IMG/VR virus record: IMGVR_UViG_3300013137_002215
Length of the DNA stretch: 62,777 nt
From: an uncultured virus (IMG/VR IMGVR_UViG_3300013137_002215)
Taxonomy: Duplodnaviria > Heunggongvirae > Uroviricota > Caudoviricetes
Reading direction: 5' to 3' (one strand)
The position numbers and the translations under genes are program-made. The notes beneath the pieces are model-generated. The model made no database searches and was not told where the DNA came from. It was given only the letters and a program-made list of their open reading frames with translations. This document shows positions 42,910 to 52,374 of the stretch, in pieces. Position 1 is the stretch's first letter, and every line of letters begins with the position of its first letter.

Positions 42910-43071
42910 TTAATTTTTCTCTTTTTTCATATTTTTTATAAATAAAACTGCTTCTTTCGCGCAATCTTTTATATTACATCTGCCATCACGAACAAATATA
43001 CCTATACCAATTGCGCCACGATTTCTCAACTTATTCAACTCTTTATTTAACCCTTTCACTACTGTTTTCAT
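42910..43071 (-). CDS. small hypothetical protein within the tRNA cluster (53 aa)
   Basis: SD AGGAG; MKTVVKGLNKEL... Confidence 0.5.
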   Translation of the reverse strand: MKTVVKGLNKELNKLRNRGAIGIGIFVRDGRCNIKDCAKEAVLFIKNMKKEKN

Positions 43072-43133
43072 TTTTCTCCTTTTTCAATTCCCATATCGTA
43101 GTGTTGTACGCTTCAATCTATAAAGCAAAATTT

Positions 43134-43207
43134 TGGGCGGGTGATGGGTATTGAACCCACTTAAACGGCTCCACAGACCGTCGCATTACCTTTATGCTAC
43201 ACTCGCC
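43134..43207 (-). tRNA. tRNA-His(GUG)
   Basis: ACGGT-CT GTG GA-GCCGT; encoded G-1 and C73. Confidence 0.88.
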
Positions 43208-43263
43208 ATTTTTGACTATTTATACACTTTCTTCTCTTTAATTCGCCATATTTGACGAAATAT

Positions 43264-43379
43264 TAGTGGGGTAAATAGGAATCAAACCTACACTCGTTGG
43301 TTGCCTTTTTATTTGCTGAAAGTAACCTTTAAACAGATTCATTTTTATACCCACTGTGCTTCCGTTACACCACCGCCCC
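43264..43379 (-). ncRNA. tRNA-like RNA with a 49-nt anticodon loop
   Basis: acceptor GGGGCGG/TTACCCC, D arm GTGT/GCAC, T arm GTAGG TTTGATT CCTAT; loop 43301-43349. Confidence 0.6.
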
Positions 43380-43402
43380 TATATTTTCAAAGAACGATCA
43401 CT

Positions 43403-43441
43403 AAAAACAAAAAACCCTTCCAGATTATCTCTGAAAGGGTT
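43403..43441 (-). terminator. attenuator terminator of tRNA operon 1
   Basis: AACCCTTTCAGA-GATAA-TCTGGAAGGGTT + TTTTGTTTTT. Confidence 0.85.
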
Positions 43442-43464
43442 AGCGATCCAAATTTTGGGTTAGA

Positions 43465-43533
43465 TTAGATCGTACCCCCTTCCAGATGTTCTTCTGGAAT
43501 CTCAATCATGGGGATATGAATTCTAATCGTCAT
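43465..43533 (-). CDS. leader peptide MTIRIHIPMIEIPEEHLEGGTI
   Basis: SD AAGGA and ATGA overlap with upstream ORF; Ile/His/Pro/Glu-rich; contains antiterminator TCTGGAAGGG. Confidence 0.8.
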   Translation of the reverse strand: MTIRIHIPMIEIPEEHLEGGTI

Positions 43534-43718
43534 ATTGTTTCCTTATTCTCCAAATTATTCTTAATTTCCTTTTTATTTCTTATAAAATAATGTGTTTCTC
43601 TGCATTTTGGCTTACATTTGTGACATTCTTTTCTATTAGAACTATGTGTAGAAAACTCCTTACCACATATCCTGCAATTAAGTCTTACCCTACCTGGAAA
43701 TTTAATCTTTTCTTTCAT
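43530..43718 (-). CDS. small Zn-finger protein
   Basis: CRICG...CHKCKPKC; SD AAAGGA. Confidence 0.6.
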   Translation of the reverse strand: MKEKIKFPGRVRLNCRICGKEFSTHSSNRKECHKCKPKCRETHYFIRNKKEIKNNLENKETI

Positions 43719-43745
43719 AGTTCCTTTCGCATCTTTGTAACACTT

Positions 43746-43774
43746 ATATTATACACACAAAAATCACATGTCAA
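43746..43774 (-). promoter_or_regulatory. sigma70-type promoter of tRNA operon 1
   Basis: TTGACA-17-TAATAT (overlapping TGTATAAT). Confidence 0.7.
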
Positions 43775-43817
43775 TATTTATTTTTTTATGTTTCGGAAGA
43801 CTAAAGAGAACAAAAGA

Positions 43818-44450
43818 CTAACCTAAAAATTGCGTTTTTAAGTCTTCAAACACATTAGGACACTTTTCGCATAGTTGTCTTAACATTTCTTTAGCGATAT
43901 CTCTTATTTCCCATTGAGCATGTTTATCACATCTTACTTTAAATATATTCCTATATTCTCTAAAATTAGCACTCATAACTATTTCGGTATGACAAGCATT
44001 GGGAAGAACAAAACGGGCATCTTCATTTTTCAACCCGAATTTCTTCCATTTATCATACATTCGTTGTATTTTAGTCATATCCTGCCTAAACTCATCTGTT
44101 GCCGCACAATATCCCTCAACATAATCCGACACAATGCTTTTTTCTGATTTTAATATTGCCTCTGGAACAACATAATCAAATTGATCTTCTTTTACGTATC
44201 TCTGGCTTTGCTGAGAATAAGATGCAATGCGATGTCTAACAAGCTGATGAGTTAACGCCCTAGACACCTCACCAATCCTAAAAGTAGCATATCCGTGTTC
44301 TAAAACCGACTCGTGACCGCTTTTAATTAGTGATTTTATTAGAGTTCCAACGACATACCCATCTTTAGAAACACTTTGATAACATGTCCTACCAGCGTTT
44401 TCTATAAGCTCTTCTGCATTAGGCGTAATAGATAGCAATTCAACTTTCAT
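43818..44450 (-). CDS. thyX: FAD-dependent thymidylate synthase
   Basis: GHESVLEH, HQLVRHRIASYSQQSQRY, EDARFVLP, AQWEIR. Confidence 0.95.
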   Translation of the reverse strand: MKVELLSITPNAEELIENAGRTCYQSVSKDGYVVGTLIKSLIKSGHESVLEHGYATFRIGEVSRALTHQLVRHRIASYSQQSQRYVKEDQFDYVVPEAILKSEKSIVSDYVEGYCAATDEFRQDMTKIQRMYDKWKKFGLKNEDARFVLPNACHTEIVMSANFREYRNIFKVRCDKHAQWEIRDIAKEMLRQLCEKCPNVFEDLKTQFLG

Positions 44451-44481
44451 AGTATCTCCTTATATCTCAATTATACAAATT

Positions 44482-44646
44482 TTAATTATCGCTCCACGCC
44501 TTATAATCTTTAGTTGCCTTACTTACATCTACTTTTTCTCCATGTTTATATCTATATTGTTTATGTTTATAGTCATAATCATAACAATGCGTACTAGAAC
44601 AGCCTATTATGCCAATTAAACATAAAATCATAATAATTCTATACAT
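44482..44646 (-). CDS. small putative lipoprotein
   Basis: MYRIIMILCLIGIIGC lipobox-like. Confidence 0.45.
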   Translation of the reverse strand: MYRIIMILCLIGIIGCSSTHCYDYDYKHKQYRYKHGEKVDVSKATKDYKAWSDN

Positions 44647-44660
44647 GTCTTTATAATACA

Positions 44661-44702
44661 AAAAATAAAGGGCTGAAAATTTAATTTCAGCCCTTTATTT
44701 TA
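44661..44702. terminator. intrinsic terminator
   Basis: aaaaataaagggctgaaa...tttcagccctttattttt. Confidence 0.85.
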
Positions 44703-44716
44703 ATCTCTTATGCTAC

Positions 44717-45253
44717 TTATTTTCCCATTTTATACCAAGGACGAGCATCATCAAATACCTTACTACGACTTATTGCTGTTTTTCTAGCTTGTATCATTAT
44801 TGCATTCTTTTCTTCCATGCCTAATCCTGCTTCAGCACCTAATATATACGCATCTACTATTTGAATAGCTACATCCTGTTTTTCTTTCCATTCAGGGTGA
44901 GTAGCAAACAGCATATCTATCCCACCAAGTAATGATAATGCACCAGCTTTACATAATGGACGATATTGCGCCTCTATCTTAGTATCAATAAATATAACCA
45001 AAGCAGGATAGATCGTTTCAGTATATGTAGAACCAGCCTGTACTTCGTCTGCCTTATCCTTAATTATACTTAGTAATAATTTAACACCGGCTATTTCTTC
45101 GGTTGTTGGATTATCCATAGCTATCCAACCCACAGCAGTAAACAATCCTGCATTCTGTGCTACCACTTTAATTTGTTCAGTTTGGCATCCGGTGAATAAT
45201 AACGTCGATAAACATAACACCCCAACTAACACACTACTTGCTAACTGTTTCAT
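44717..45253 (-). CDS. putative lipoprotein
   Basis: signal peptide ending LLFTGC. Confidence 0.65.
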   Translation of the reverse strand: MKQLASSVLVGVLCLSTLLFTGCQTEQIKVVAQNAGLFTAVGWIAMDNPTTEEIAGVKLLLSIIKDKADEVQAGSTYTETIYPALVIFIDTKIEAQYRPLCKAGALSLLGGIDMLFATHPEWKEKQDVAIQIVDAYILGAEAGLGMEEKNAIMIQARKTAISRSKVFDDARPWYKMGK

Positions 45254-45798
45254 TTGTATCCCCTTCCTTTTTTTTCTTGTTTTGTTTTAACCATTTTAAC
45301 CGTAATATTGCGTTCAGTTTTTTTCCTAGAAACCTCTTTTCCTGCCACACATAGACTTACAATACTATTAAATTTCTCTTCTGCCAAGTTAAAAAAGTTG
45401 ATTTGCCTTCCTCTTAAGTTCATTTCCACCAACACATCGTCGCCCTCATTTAAAAACTCATTAATTTGTTTGACCTTATAATCTATATCGTGTTGTGCAA
45501 TATCTGGAGTGAACTTCATTTCTTTTAAATGTCTTTTACCGTGTTTTTCGTTTTCTTTTTGTTTCTTATCCTGTTCATATTTCCATTTGCCATAATTCAT
45601 CATTTTACAAAGTGGCAACTTGTTATTATCGCCTTTATCAATACATACGAGATCTAATCCATTATCATGTGCTTCGTGCATTGCAGTATATAAATCCATA
45701 TCTTCTTTATAACCACCTGACACATCTATAAGTCTTATTTTCCTGCTTAAACGAGTATTATTGGTAATTATAAATGCTGAATTAGAACCGTTATTCAT
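45250..45798 (-). CDS. infC: translation initiation factor IF-3
   Basis: IRLID, GLDLV, PLCKMMNYGKWKYE, LKEMKF.P.IAQHD, FL.EGD.V..RGRQ. Confidence 0.9.
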   Translation of the reverse strand: MNNGSNSAFIITNNTRLSRKIRLIDVSGGYKEDMDLYTAMHEAHDNGLDLVCIDKGDNNKLPLCKMMNYGKWKYEQDKKQKENEKHGKRHLKEMKFTPDIAQHDIDYKVKQINEFLNEGDDVLVEMNLRGRQINFFNLAEEKFNSIVSLCVAGKEVSRKKTERNITVKMVKTKQEKKGRGYK

Positions 45799-46051
45799 TA
45801 TTTTTTATTTCCTTAATTTCTTTTATCATATCCTCCAACCTATCTTCATAAATCTTCATATCACTTATGTTGCTGATTAAATTACTTGTATCTTGACCTG
45901 AAATCCAAAAACCATTCTCAAAAGGAACAAATTCTACACGGTATGGTTTTAGCTTTTTAGGCAGTTCCCATTTTACATCTGTTTTTGCTGGAGAAAAACA
46001 AGAACAACACGACAGAACAAGTAAAACAAAAAATGCTTTTAAAATAGACAT
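45791..46051 (-). CDS. small lipoprotein (possibly spanin-like)
   Basis: hydrophobic N-terminus with SCCSC; coiled C-terminus. Confidence 0.45.
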   Translation of the reverse strand: MSILKAFFVLLVLSCCSCFSPAKTDVKWELPKKLKPYRVEFVPFENGFWISGQDTSNLISNISDMKIYEDRLEDMIKEIKEIKNNE

Positions 46052-46207
46052 ATAGCAATTAATAATTATTGGTATCCATGTATTCTAATCCAATTCGTCT
46101 TGCCACTTTATTTGCTCTTAGTTTTTCTTCATTTAGTTTAGTTTTCTTCATATAGCCAAAAAACCCAAATATATATTGTAAAAATTTCAACAGTGTTTTG
46201 ACGATTC

Positions 46208-46672
46208 TCATTTTTTGTTTTCTTTAATTTCTATTAATTCTATTTGTCGGGGTCTCCATCCTATTAAGTTGGCAGCATGAAAAGAACTTGCGGCATATAA
46301 TTCAGCTATTTGTCCTGTTCTTTTATTTCTAATAATAAACTTTTTATCAAACTTAGAAATAACACTATTATAATTATTCTCTTTAAGATGTTGTAAGTCC
46401 TTGTTAGTTAAAGGTAGATTTTCGGGTCTTTCAGAACTCATTATATTCTTTTCAATAGCAATCGTTTTTGTTTTGTCAGGAGGATTAAAAACAGACGTAC
46501 TTGTTTCCTCACTTACTTCTACATTAGTATTAGAAGTAATAGCAGAATTTGAGACGGTAGAATTAACAGCAGAACTTGAGACATCGTTTTCAACAATATC
46601 ACCAAATTTTATAGAAACATTTGAAGTATTATTATCACTATCACTTATTACCTTTATTTTATCATTTTCCAT
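46208..46672 (-). CDS. hypothetical protein
   Basis: ORF with SD GAGG. Confidence 0.65.
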   Translation of the reverse strand: MENDKIKVISDSDNNTSNVSIKFGDIVENDVSSSAVNSTVSNSAITSNTNVEVSEETSTSVFNPPDKTKTIAIEKNIMSSERPENLPLTNKDLQHLKENNYNSVISKFDKKFIIRNKRTGQIAELYAASSFHAANLIGWRPRQIELIEIKENKK

Positions 46673-46681
46673 AATTATCCC

Positions 46682-47617
46682 TCAAAAATACCTTGATAAA
46701 TATAAACTACTAAATTCCGTGTCATATTCTTGCGCCTTAAACTCATCTGATTTATAATTATACATATAAATAATCTCGTTTCCACAAAAATAAACACATG
46801 CGCCTAAAGACAAACTAAATATAACATTATTTTTCTCTACAGACGGACTTTCTTTAAAAGTATTGCCATCTAAAAATATATTGCGCATCATGCATTTCCC
46901 ATCAACACTTGTAAAAACATAACTATAAAACTTCTTTTTTTCTCTGGTTGTTGGTTCCATATGATACGTCCCAAAATCATCGGGCAGTCTATATCCGATT
47001 CTAAAAGTAGAACCGCAATTCAAATAATCATATATGTTCCCAACACACGCACCATAATTAGGAATAATATCATAGTAATCTTTTTTTATCTTATATTTCT
47101 TTTGGTAAATTAAATCTGCTCCAAGCTCGTCACGTATTTGATATTTCCAACCATTAGGATGTTGTGCGCCAAATTGTTTATGCATCCATATTTGCGTTTC
47201 ATCAGAATAAGAAGATTTACCTGTTGTTCCGATATCCAACTCCCAAAAATCCAATTCTTTACTATCATAAGCTATTAAGGAATATCCTCCATATAGCCAA
47301 CCACCATAAGGACGATCTTCAGGTAGAAATTCCGTCGCTTTTAAATCTGAAGGGGTATACATATATTGTGCAACCGAATAGCCACTTTGACTATTTTTGT
47401 TTGGATATAAGTTTTCAAACCATTTATATGATCCCTCTTTAACATATAAAATTCTGGTGCCATGAGTATAATACCTGTCATGATAATATAAAATATCGTT
47501 TTCAAAAGAAACATTTACCATGTTTGCCGAACCAGCAGCAGTCAAAAACATCAATAAAAACAAAATATAAAAAACTATCATAATTATTCTATTCATCACA
47601 ATCGCGCTATCTATCAT
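46682..47617 (-). CDS. lpxR: lipid A deacylase LpxR family (DUF2219) beta-barrel
   Basis: signal peptide, FEND..DRYYTHG, QYMYTPSD, DRPYGGWLY, GWKYQI, NIFLDGN, terminal F. Confidence 0.82.
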   Translation of the reverse strand: MIDSAIVMNRIIMIVFYILFLLMFLTAAGSANMVNVSFENDILYYHDRYYTHGTRILYVKEGSYKWFENLYPNKNSQSGYSVAQYMYTPSDLKATEFLPEDRPYGGWLYGGYSLIAYDSKELDFWELDIGTTGKSSYSDETQIWMHKQFGAQHPNGWKYQIRDELGADLIYQKKYKIKKDYYDIIPNYGACVGNIYDYLNCGSTFRIGYRLPDDFGTYHMEPTTREKKKFYSYVFTSVDGKCMMRNIFLDGNTFKESPSVEKNNVIFSLSLGACVYFCGNEIIYMYNYKSDEFKAQEYDTEFSSLYLSRYF

Positions 47618-47618
47618 A

Positions 47619-48251
47619 TTAATATACCGTTTTAATATTTTTAACCTTAATTCTGTCTTCTATAAAACCCATTTGCCTTAATTTCTTTTTTTGCCTCTCA
47701 TCCCTGCATATTATTTGTTTAGCAGTTTTCAAATTCAATGACGAAACAACCACCTGATCATTTTCTACAAACACATATTTCTTTAAGAAAATATTGATAT
47801 CCCTATTACTATTTATCCAACAATCTACCTCTTTATCTTTAATCTTATAGGAAATGCTGTCAAGATACATTTCTTCCATAAATTTTGCAATAGACACATT
47901 AATTTCTTTAACAGTATTTCCTTCCATACAACATAAAATTAATTCCCATAAATTAAAATCTACAGGAAATCCAATTACGTTTTCAAATCCGAATAATATT
48001 TTATCTTTATTTGTTCTAGCATCTTCTCTGGTACGCAAAATATATTTTCGTTTCTTTAAATTAATACCATTTTTAAAACCTGTAATTTCGGATCTACTTC
48101 GTGAAAGCCATATTTGAGGTGAGAAACCACAATAACTACCTAGCCAATTATACGCCTCATAAAATATATCGTCTTTACCTTCTTCGGGATCTTCATACGG
48201 AAATACCTTATCATACACTACATATTTCAATGGGCGACAATGATAGTACAT
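47619..48251 (-). CDS. hypothetical protein
   Basis: ORF packed in operon. Confidence 0.65.
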   Translation of the reverse strand: MYYHCRPLKYVVYDKVFPYEDPEEGKDDIFYEAYNWLGSYCGFSPQIWLSRSRSEITGFKNGINLKKRKYILRTREDARTNKDKILFGFENVIGFPVDFNLWELILCCMEGNTVKEINVSIAKFMEEMYLDSISYKIKDKEVDCWINSNRDINIFLKKYVFVENDQVVVSSLNLKTAKQIICRDERQKKKLRQMGFIEDRIKVKNIKTVY

Positions 48252-48252
48252 A

Positions 48253-49062
48253 TCACTTTATTCTATTAGTGAGTATATTTTTATCTATATTTTTAATCAA
48301 AGAAGTTTCAACCATATTCTTTTTATCTTCTATTGTGCTCATTCCTTCAGGTGTTTTTATCCATTTTAAAAATCCATCATAATTCTTCGCAAATACTACG
48401 TCGTCTTTCTTATCATAAGCAACCAATCTCATACACATGTCATAAACTCGCGTATTAAAATCAGGAATATGATCTAGTGCTCCATCTACGCTATGCAACA
48501 AATAAACAAAACGAGATACACATTCGGCACTGAAACCATTTAAACTTGGAATTCCGTTAAAATTCTTAAGCGCCACACTCCATTGCTTATTGCGTTTGGA
48601 CCATTCTTTTTCATTAATAAAATCGGGTTTAATTTCTTTTTCCCAATAAATATATGGTTCTACAAACTTAGTATCGTCCATAAAAATATTAGCAATATCG
48701 CTGTGTTCAGTATATAAAATACCAAAGACTTTATTTTTAACAGGTATAACCATGATAGTACAGGCAAAATCTATATTGGGGTCTCTTATTCCTGTTGCCC
48801 ACAATGTACCAACTCGTAATGATATAATTTCTGTTGCACAACTATAAGGACTAACACCAGCAGGAATTGTATGATCTAATCCAACAGTATATAAATCTAA
48901 AACATTAGTGGCGACATAAGCAAAAGCACCATAAACCTTTTCAAGTATAATAGGATGTATTCTTAATCTGAATTTATTAATTTTATTATGTATTGTGTTT
49001 AAATTGGGCGTCTTAAATATGAAGCCAGTATCTATCTTTGGGAGCATAACAATATTATACAA
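48253..49062 (-). CDS. hypothetical protein
   Basis: ORF; true start likely MLPKID just after TGTATAAT. Confidence 0.65.
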   Translation of the reverse strand: MYNIVMLPKIDTGFIFKTPNLNTIHNKINKFRLRIHPIILEKVYGAFAYVATNVLDLYTVGLDHTIPAGVSPYSCATEIISLRVGTLWATGIRDPNIDFACTIMVIPVKNKVFGILYTEHSDIANIFMDDTKFVEPYIYWEKEIKPDFINEKEWSKRNKQWSVALKNFNGIPSLNGFSAECVSRFVYLLHSVDGALDHIPDFNTRVYDMCMRLVAYDKKDDVVFAKNYDGFLKWIKTPEGMSTIEDKKNMVETSLIKNIDKNILTNRIK

Positions 49063-49083
49063 ATAATTTTAACAGTATCAAGT

Positions 49084-49515
49084 CTATTTATTAACTTCTT
49101 GCTCTAGTTCTGGCCATCTGCTCAAATATTCATCATAGTGCTCAAGAATATTCAAATATTTCTCTCTAGAAACACCCATTAATCGCATAACAATATTGCC
49201 ATCAGTTATCATATTATATCTACCACCAAATTGAATTTCCAAATATTTTCTCATATCATCTCTAGTAACTGTATTTTTATCTAAAGCTTCCATTAATTTA
49301 TCTTCAGCGGTTTTTATTTGTTTTGTAGAACCGCTTTCTATATCCTGTTCTTTATCCAGTTTTGCACCACATTCATCACAAACCTTACCACCGGCTTCCC
49401 ACGCCTTTTTAGACATCGTACCCATTAATTTTTTACAAATCTCGCAGAATCTTTCTTCCATTTCATCAGCTATTTTTATTTGTACCCATTCTTTTTGACT
49501 GATTTTAATATTCAT
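49084..49515 (-). CDS. hypothetical Zn-ribbon protein
   Basis: CEIC..CDEC; SD GGAGGAGG; KIA/KTA motifs. Confidence 0.6.
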   Translation of the reverse strand: MNIKISQKEWVQIKIADEMEERFCEICKKLMGTMSKKAWEAGGKVCDECGAKLDKEQDIESGSTKQIKTAEDKLMEALDKNTVTRDDMRKYLEIQFGGRYNMITDGNIVMRLMGVSREKYLNILEHYDEYLSRWPELEQEVNK

Positions 49516-49516
49516 T

Positions 49517-49852
49517 CTATTCCTCCTCCACCTGTCCAATAGCTGTATTAATTATTACAACAGTATCAGGTATAGATGATTTAACAGACACAGATATCAC
49601 TTTACCATATTCATTCTGCAACAATTCGTCCTCATAATATTTCTCTACCGAAAACGCCCCTGTTACACGATCATAAGAAACCTGTATATATGCCTGTCCG
49701 ACATCATGATAATCACATTCTATATAATTAATTTTACCAGTAATGGTGTCCCTATTAATATGATATTCGGGGTGCATTCTAGCTAGCTCTATAAAAATTT
49801 TTTCTATCATATCTGTCAAATTAGTATCCTGCGCTATTTTATAAATCTTCAT
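49517..49852 (-). CDS. hypothetical protein with MKIYKIAQ N-terminus
   Basis: ORF. Confidence 0.65.
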   Translation of the reverse strand: MKIYKIAQDTNLTDMIEKIFIELARMHPEYHINRDTITGKINYIECDYHDVGQAYIQVSYDRVTGAFSVEKYYEDELLQNEYGKVISVSVKSSIPDTVVIINTAIGQVEEE

Positions 49853-49853
49853 G

Positions 49854-50279
49854 TTAACGAATAACTGTTGAACGTCTTATTTTCGCAAACTCATCAATAT
49901 GACCAACCTCATCTGTTAAAATATCCTCTATAAGCTGTTGTGTAGCACGATCCTTAGATTGTTCACATAAATCTAAAATCTGTGAATATAAATCAATAGC
50001 ACCTTGTTCACCTATTATATCTTGCTTTAGAGCTTCATCAATATCTTCAGTATAATTTGCCACTTTTTCTGTATCAATAGTAGGCGTTCCACCCATTATA
50101 TAAATTCTAGCAACAAGTCTATTGGCATGATCTTGTTCGTCACCCATATGCTCTTTAAAATGATCAATAACATCGGTATTTTTACTTCTTACGTTATTAT
50201 AGTGTTGAAGATATTGCATTGAAGCGTGATATTCATCTGCCAATGCTTTATTTAATAGTGTTATTAGTTGTTCGTTCAT
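49854..50279 (-). CDS. ferritin-like (bacterioferritin/DPS-like) protein
   Basis: LADEYHA..QY, DEQDHA, GEQGAI..Y, DEVGH di-iron motifs; SD GGAGGAG. Confidence 0.85.
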   Translation of the reverse strand: MNEQLITLLNKALADEYHASMQYLQHYNNVRSKNTDVIDHFKEHMGDEQDHANRLVARIYIMGGTPTIDTEKVANYTEDIDEALKQDIIGEQGAIDLYSQILDLCEQSKDRATQQLIEDILTDEVGHIDEFAKIRRSTVIR

Positions 50280-50344
50280 AATTATCTCCTCCCTCAACCC
50301 AAAAATAGACACTATTATATTTCACTAAAATAATCCAAAGTCCT

Positions 50345-50911
50345 ATGTTAATGTATAATAATTTTATGAACGCTTTATATGTTAGAACCTCTGTGTCTTG
50401 CTATTTCAGATATAAATTGCAATGTCCATTAATATCCTATGAGAGATCTACGAAATATGATTATCTATATTTTCCAGATATTTTAATAATTAACAAAAAC
50501 AGATATCCAATTGAAGTAGAAATTAAAGTATCATTATCTGATTTAAAAAACGATATGAAAAAGAGAATATGGACATTTAGAAAACTATGTGACTACCAAC
50601 ATCCAATGCCATATCAATTTTATTATGCAGTACCTGAAAAACTAACCGAAAAAGCTAGAGAGATAATAAAAATATGGAAAAAAGAAGAGCAACCAAATAA
50701 AAATGCTGGATTATTAACAGTTATTGAAAAAGATACGATTCTTGATAATGTTTATGTCTCCATTCCGGCAATTATAAATAAAGAAAGCAAAAGGTTATCT
50801 ATACATGACATTATACATATGGTTAGAAATCAAAGTGGCACTATTTGCTCTTTAGGTAAAAAGATATGTCAATTACAAAAAATCAAGAATCGTAACCCTG
50901 AGAACGCTTGA
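50345..50911 (+). CDS. PD-(D/E)xK nuclease (MmcB-like)
   Basis: FPDIL..IEVEIKVSLSDLKND..FYYAVP. Confidence 0.7.
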   Translation: MLMYNNFMNALYVRTSVSCYFRYKLQCPLISYERSTKYDYLYFPDILIINKNRYPIEVEIKVSLSDLKNDMKKRIWTFRKLCDYQHPMPYQFYYAVPEKLTEKAREIIKIWKKEEQPNKNAGLLTVIEKDTILDNVYVSIPAIINKESKRLSIHDIIHMVRNQSGTICSLGKKICQLQKIKNRNPENA

Positions 50912-51266
50912 AATTAGCAACAAAATTATCATCCTGAATTATTCCACTATTGTCAGCATCTTCTCCATAATCTATCTCGTCATCAATATTATCTTTATGC
51001 TTAAATTTCTTTCTAACCATTTCTAAACTATGATCATAATTTTTAAGTTTAGGGTGTGCAACTGTTTTTTGATTTAATTCGCCCTCTTTTAGTCGTGTTG
51101 GAATATTGGCATAATCTGAAATATTTTGAGATCGTAAAATTAACTGTTTGGCTTTTTTGCTATTTTCACTCTTTTTATCTTCTATTGAATTTAGGATTGC
51201 AATAGCTTCTTTATCAGTATATTTCTGTTGTTTTAAAAATGCCTCTAACATTGGACTTTTTGACAT
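50883..51266 (-). CDS. hypothetical protein
   Basis: ORF downstream of AGGA-N18-GAAT motif. Confidence 0.6.
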   Translation of the reverse strand: MSKSPMLEAFLKQQKYTDKEAIAILNSIEDKKSENSKKAKQLILRSQNISDYANIPTRLKEGELNQKTVAHPKLKNYDHSLEMVRKKFKHKDNIDDEIDYGEDADNSGIIQDDNFVANFKRSQGYDS

Positions 51267-51298
51267 GACTAGTTATTCTTAAAATAATACAAAAAATC

Positions 51299-51991
51299 CT
51301 ATTTCCATACTTCTCGCAAATTAGGATAGATTTTTTCTATATTATATTGCAGTGTGTTTTTGATTTCTTGTATATTTTTATTAATTACTTTATTATCTCT
51401 ATATTTGTCTTTAATATTTTTGTCATTATTAAACAAAATACGATTCAAAATATCATCCATTACTATGTTATATTCAACCTGTCTTTTTTTAGCCAAATAG
51501 ACAATACTTCTAATATAAGAATCTATTTCGGTACTGGACAAAATATAGTTTCTAACCTGATTAGATTTTTCTTCTATATTTTTATCTTCAAAATTATTAT
51601 TATAATCATCTTCTGGCCAAAATCCCTTGTTATACTTATGATAGTGTTCTAACTCATGTCTAACTACTTCATACACATTATAATAGAACTGTTGAAAATG
51701 CTTTGAAGAGAAATAAGAGTTATATTTAATTATAACACTTATATTTTCAGTTTTATTTAATATAGAGGGATAATTAAAAGAGGCAACGATATTATATACG
51801 CCAAATTTAAGTTTGTTAGAATTATCCAAATATGTCTTTAAAATTATATTATAATCTTTGATCTTCAAACTAGTATCTGTGTTTCTATTCAAGTTACTTT
51901 TGAATAAATTAAATATTTCTTTAGATATCTCGTTGGACAAAATATCAAATTCGTTTCTAAAAGATAATTTATTTAAAAATATAATATTCAT
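51299..51991 (-). CDS. HExxH-motif hypothetical protein
   Basis: VRHELEH ... EIDSY. Confidence 0.55.
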   Translation of the reverse strand: MNIIFLNKLSFRNEFDILSNEISKEIFNLFKSNLNRNTDTSLKIKDYNIILKTYLDNSNKLKFGVYNIVASFNYPSILNKTENISVIIKYNSYFSSKHFQQFYYNVYEVVRHELEHYHKYNKGFWPEDDYNNNFEDKNIEEKSNQVRNYILSSTEIDSYIRSIVYLAKKRQVEYNIVMDDILNRILFNNDKNIKDKYRDNKVINKNIQEIKNTLQYNIEKIYPNLREVWK

Positions 51992-52341
51992 ATCAATATT
52001 ATTCTTTTATTATCTTTTTCTGCCTTTTTTATCGTATCTTCTGTTCCACCAGTTCTATCGTTTGCTACTAAGGCGATTATAACATCTGCATCTTGGGCAA
52101 TATAGGTATTTCTAGCAAATCCAGCCCTTTTACCTAATTTATTCCATTGGGCATAATATATTTTAATAGGTACTTGATATTTCTTGGCTATTATTTCTGC
52201 AAACTTATCGCCACCAGCATAACAGCCACCAGAAACCACCTCGTCGCCATCTTCATATATCTCTAAGAACTTATTTTCACACAATTTATAATCTTCTTCA
52301 CTATTGCGCCTTCTAGAACCAACTATTCCAATTGTTTTCAT
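51988..52341 (-). CDS. SLOG superfamily (YspA/DUF2493-like) protein
   Basis: IGIVGSR, VSGGC..GGD, AGFARN, GGTEDT. Confidence 0.8.
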   Translation of the reverse strand: MKTIGIVGSRRRNSEEDYKLCENKFLEIYEDGDEVVSGGCYAGGDKFAEIIAKKYQVPIKIYYAQWNKLGKRAGFARNTYIAQDADVIIALVANDRTGGTEDTIKKAEKDNKRIILI

Positions 52342-52374
52342 AACTTGCCTTCTAACACTTTTATTATATTCATT

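Noticed and set aside
43264..43379. tmRNA or group I intron
   Set aside because: Too short; no tag ORF, no G3-U70 pair and no intron core
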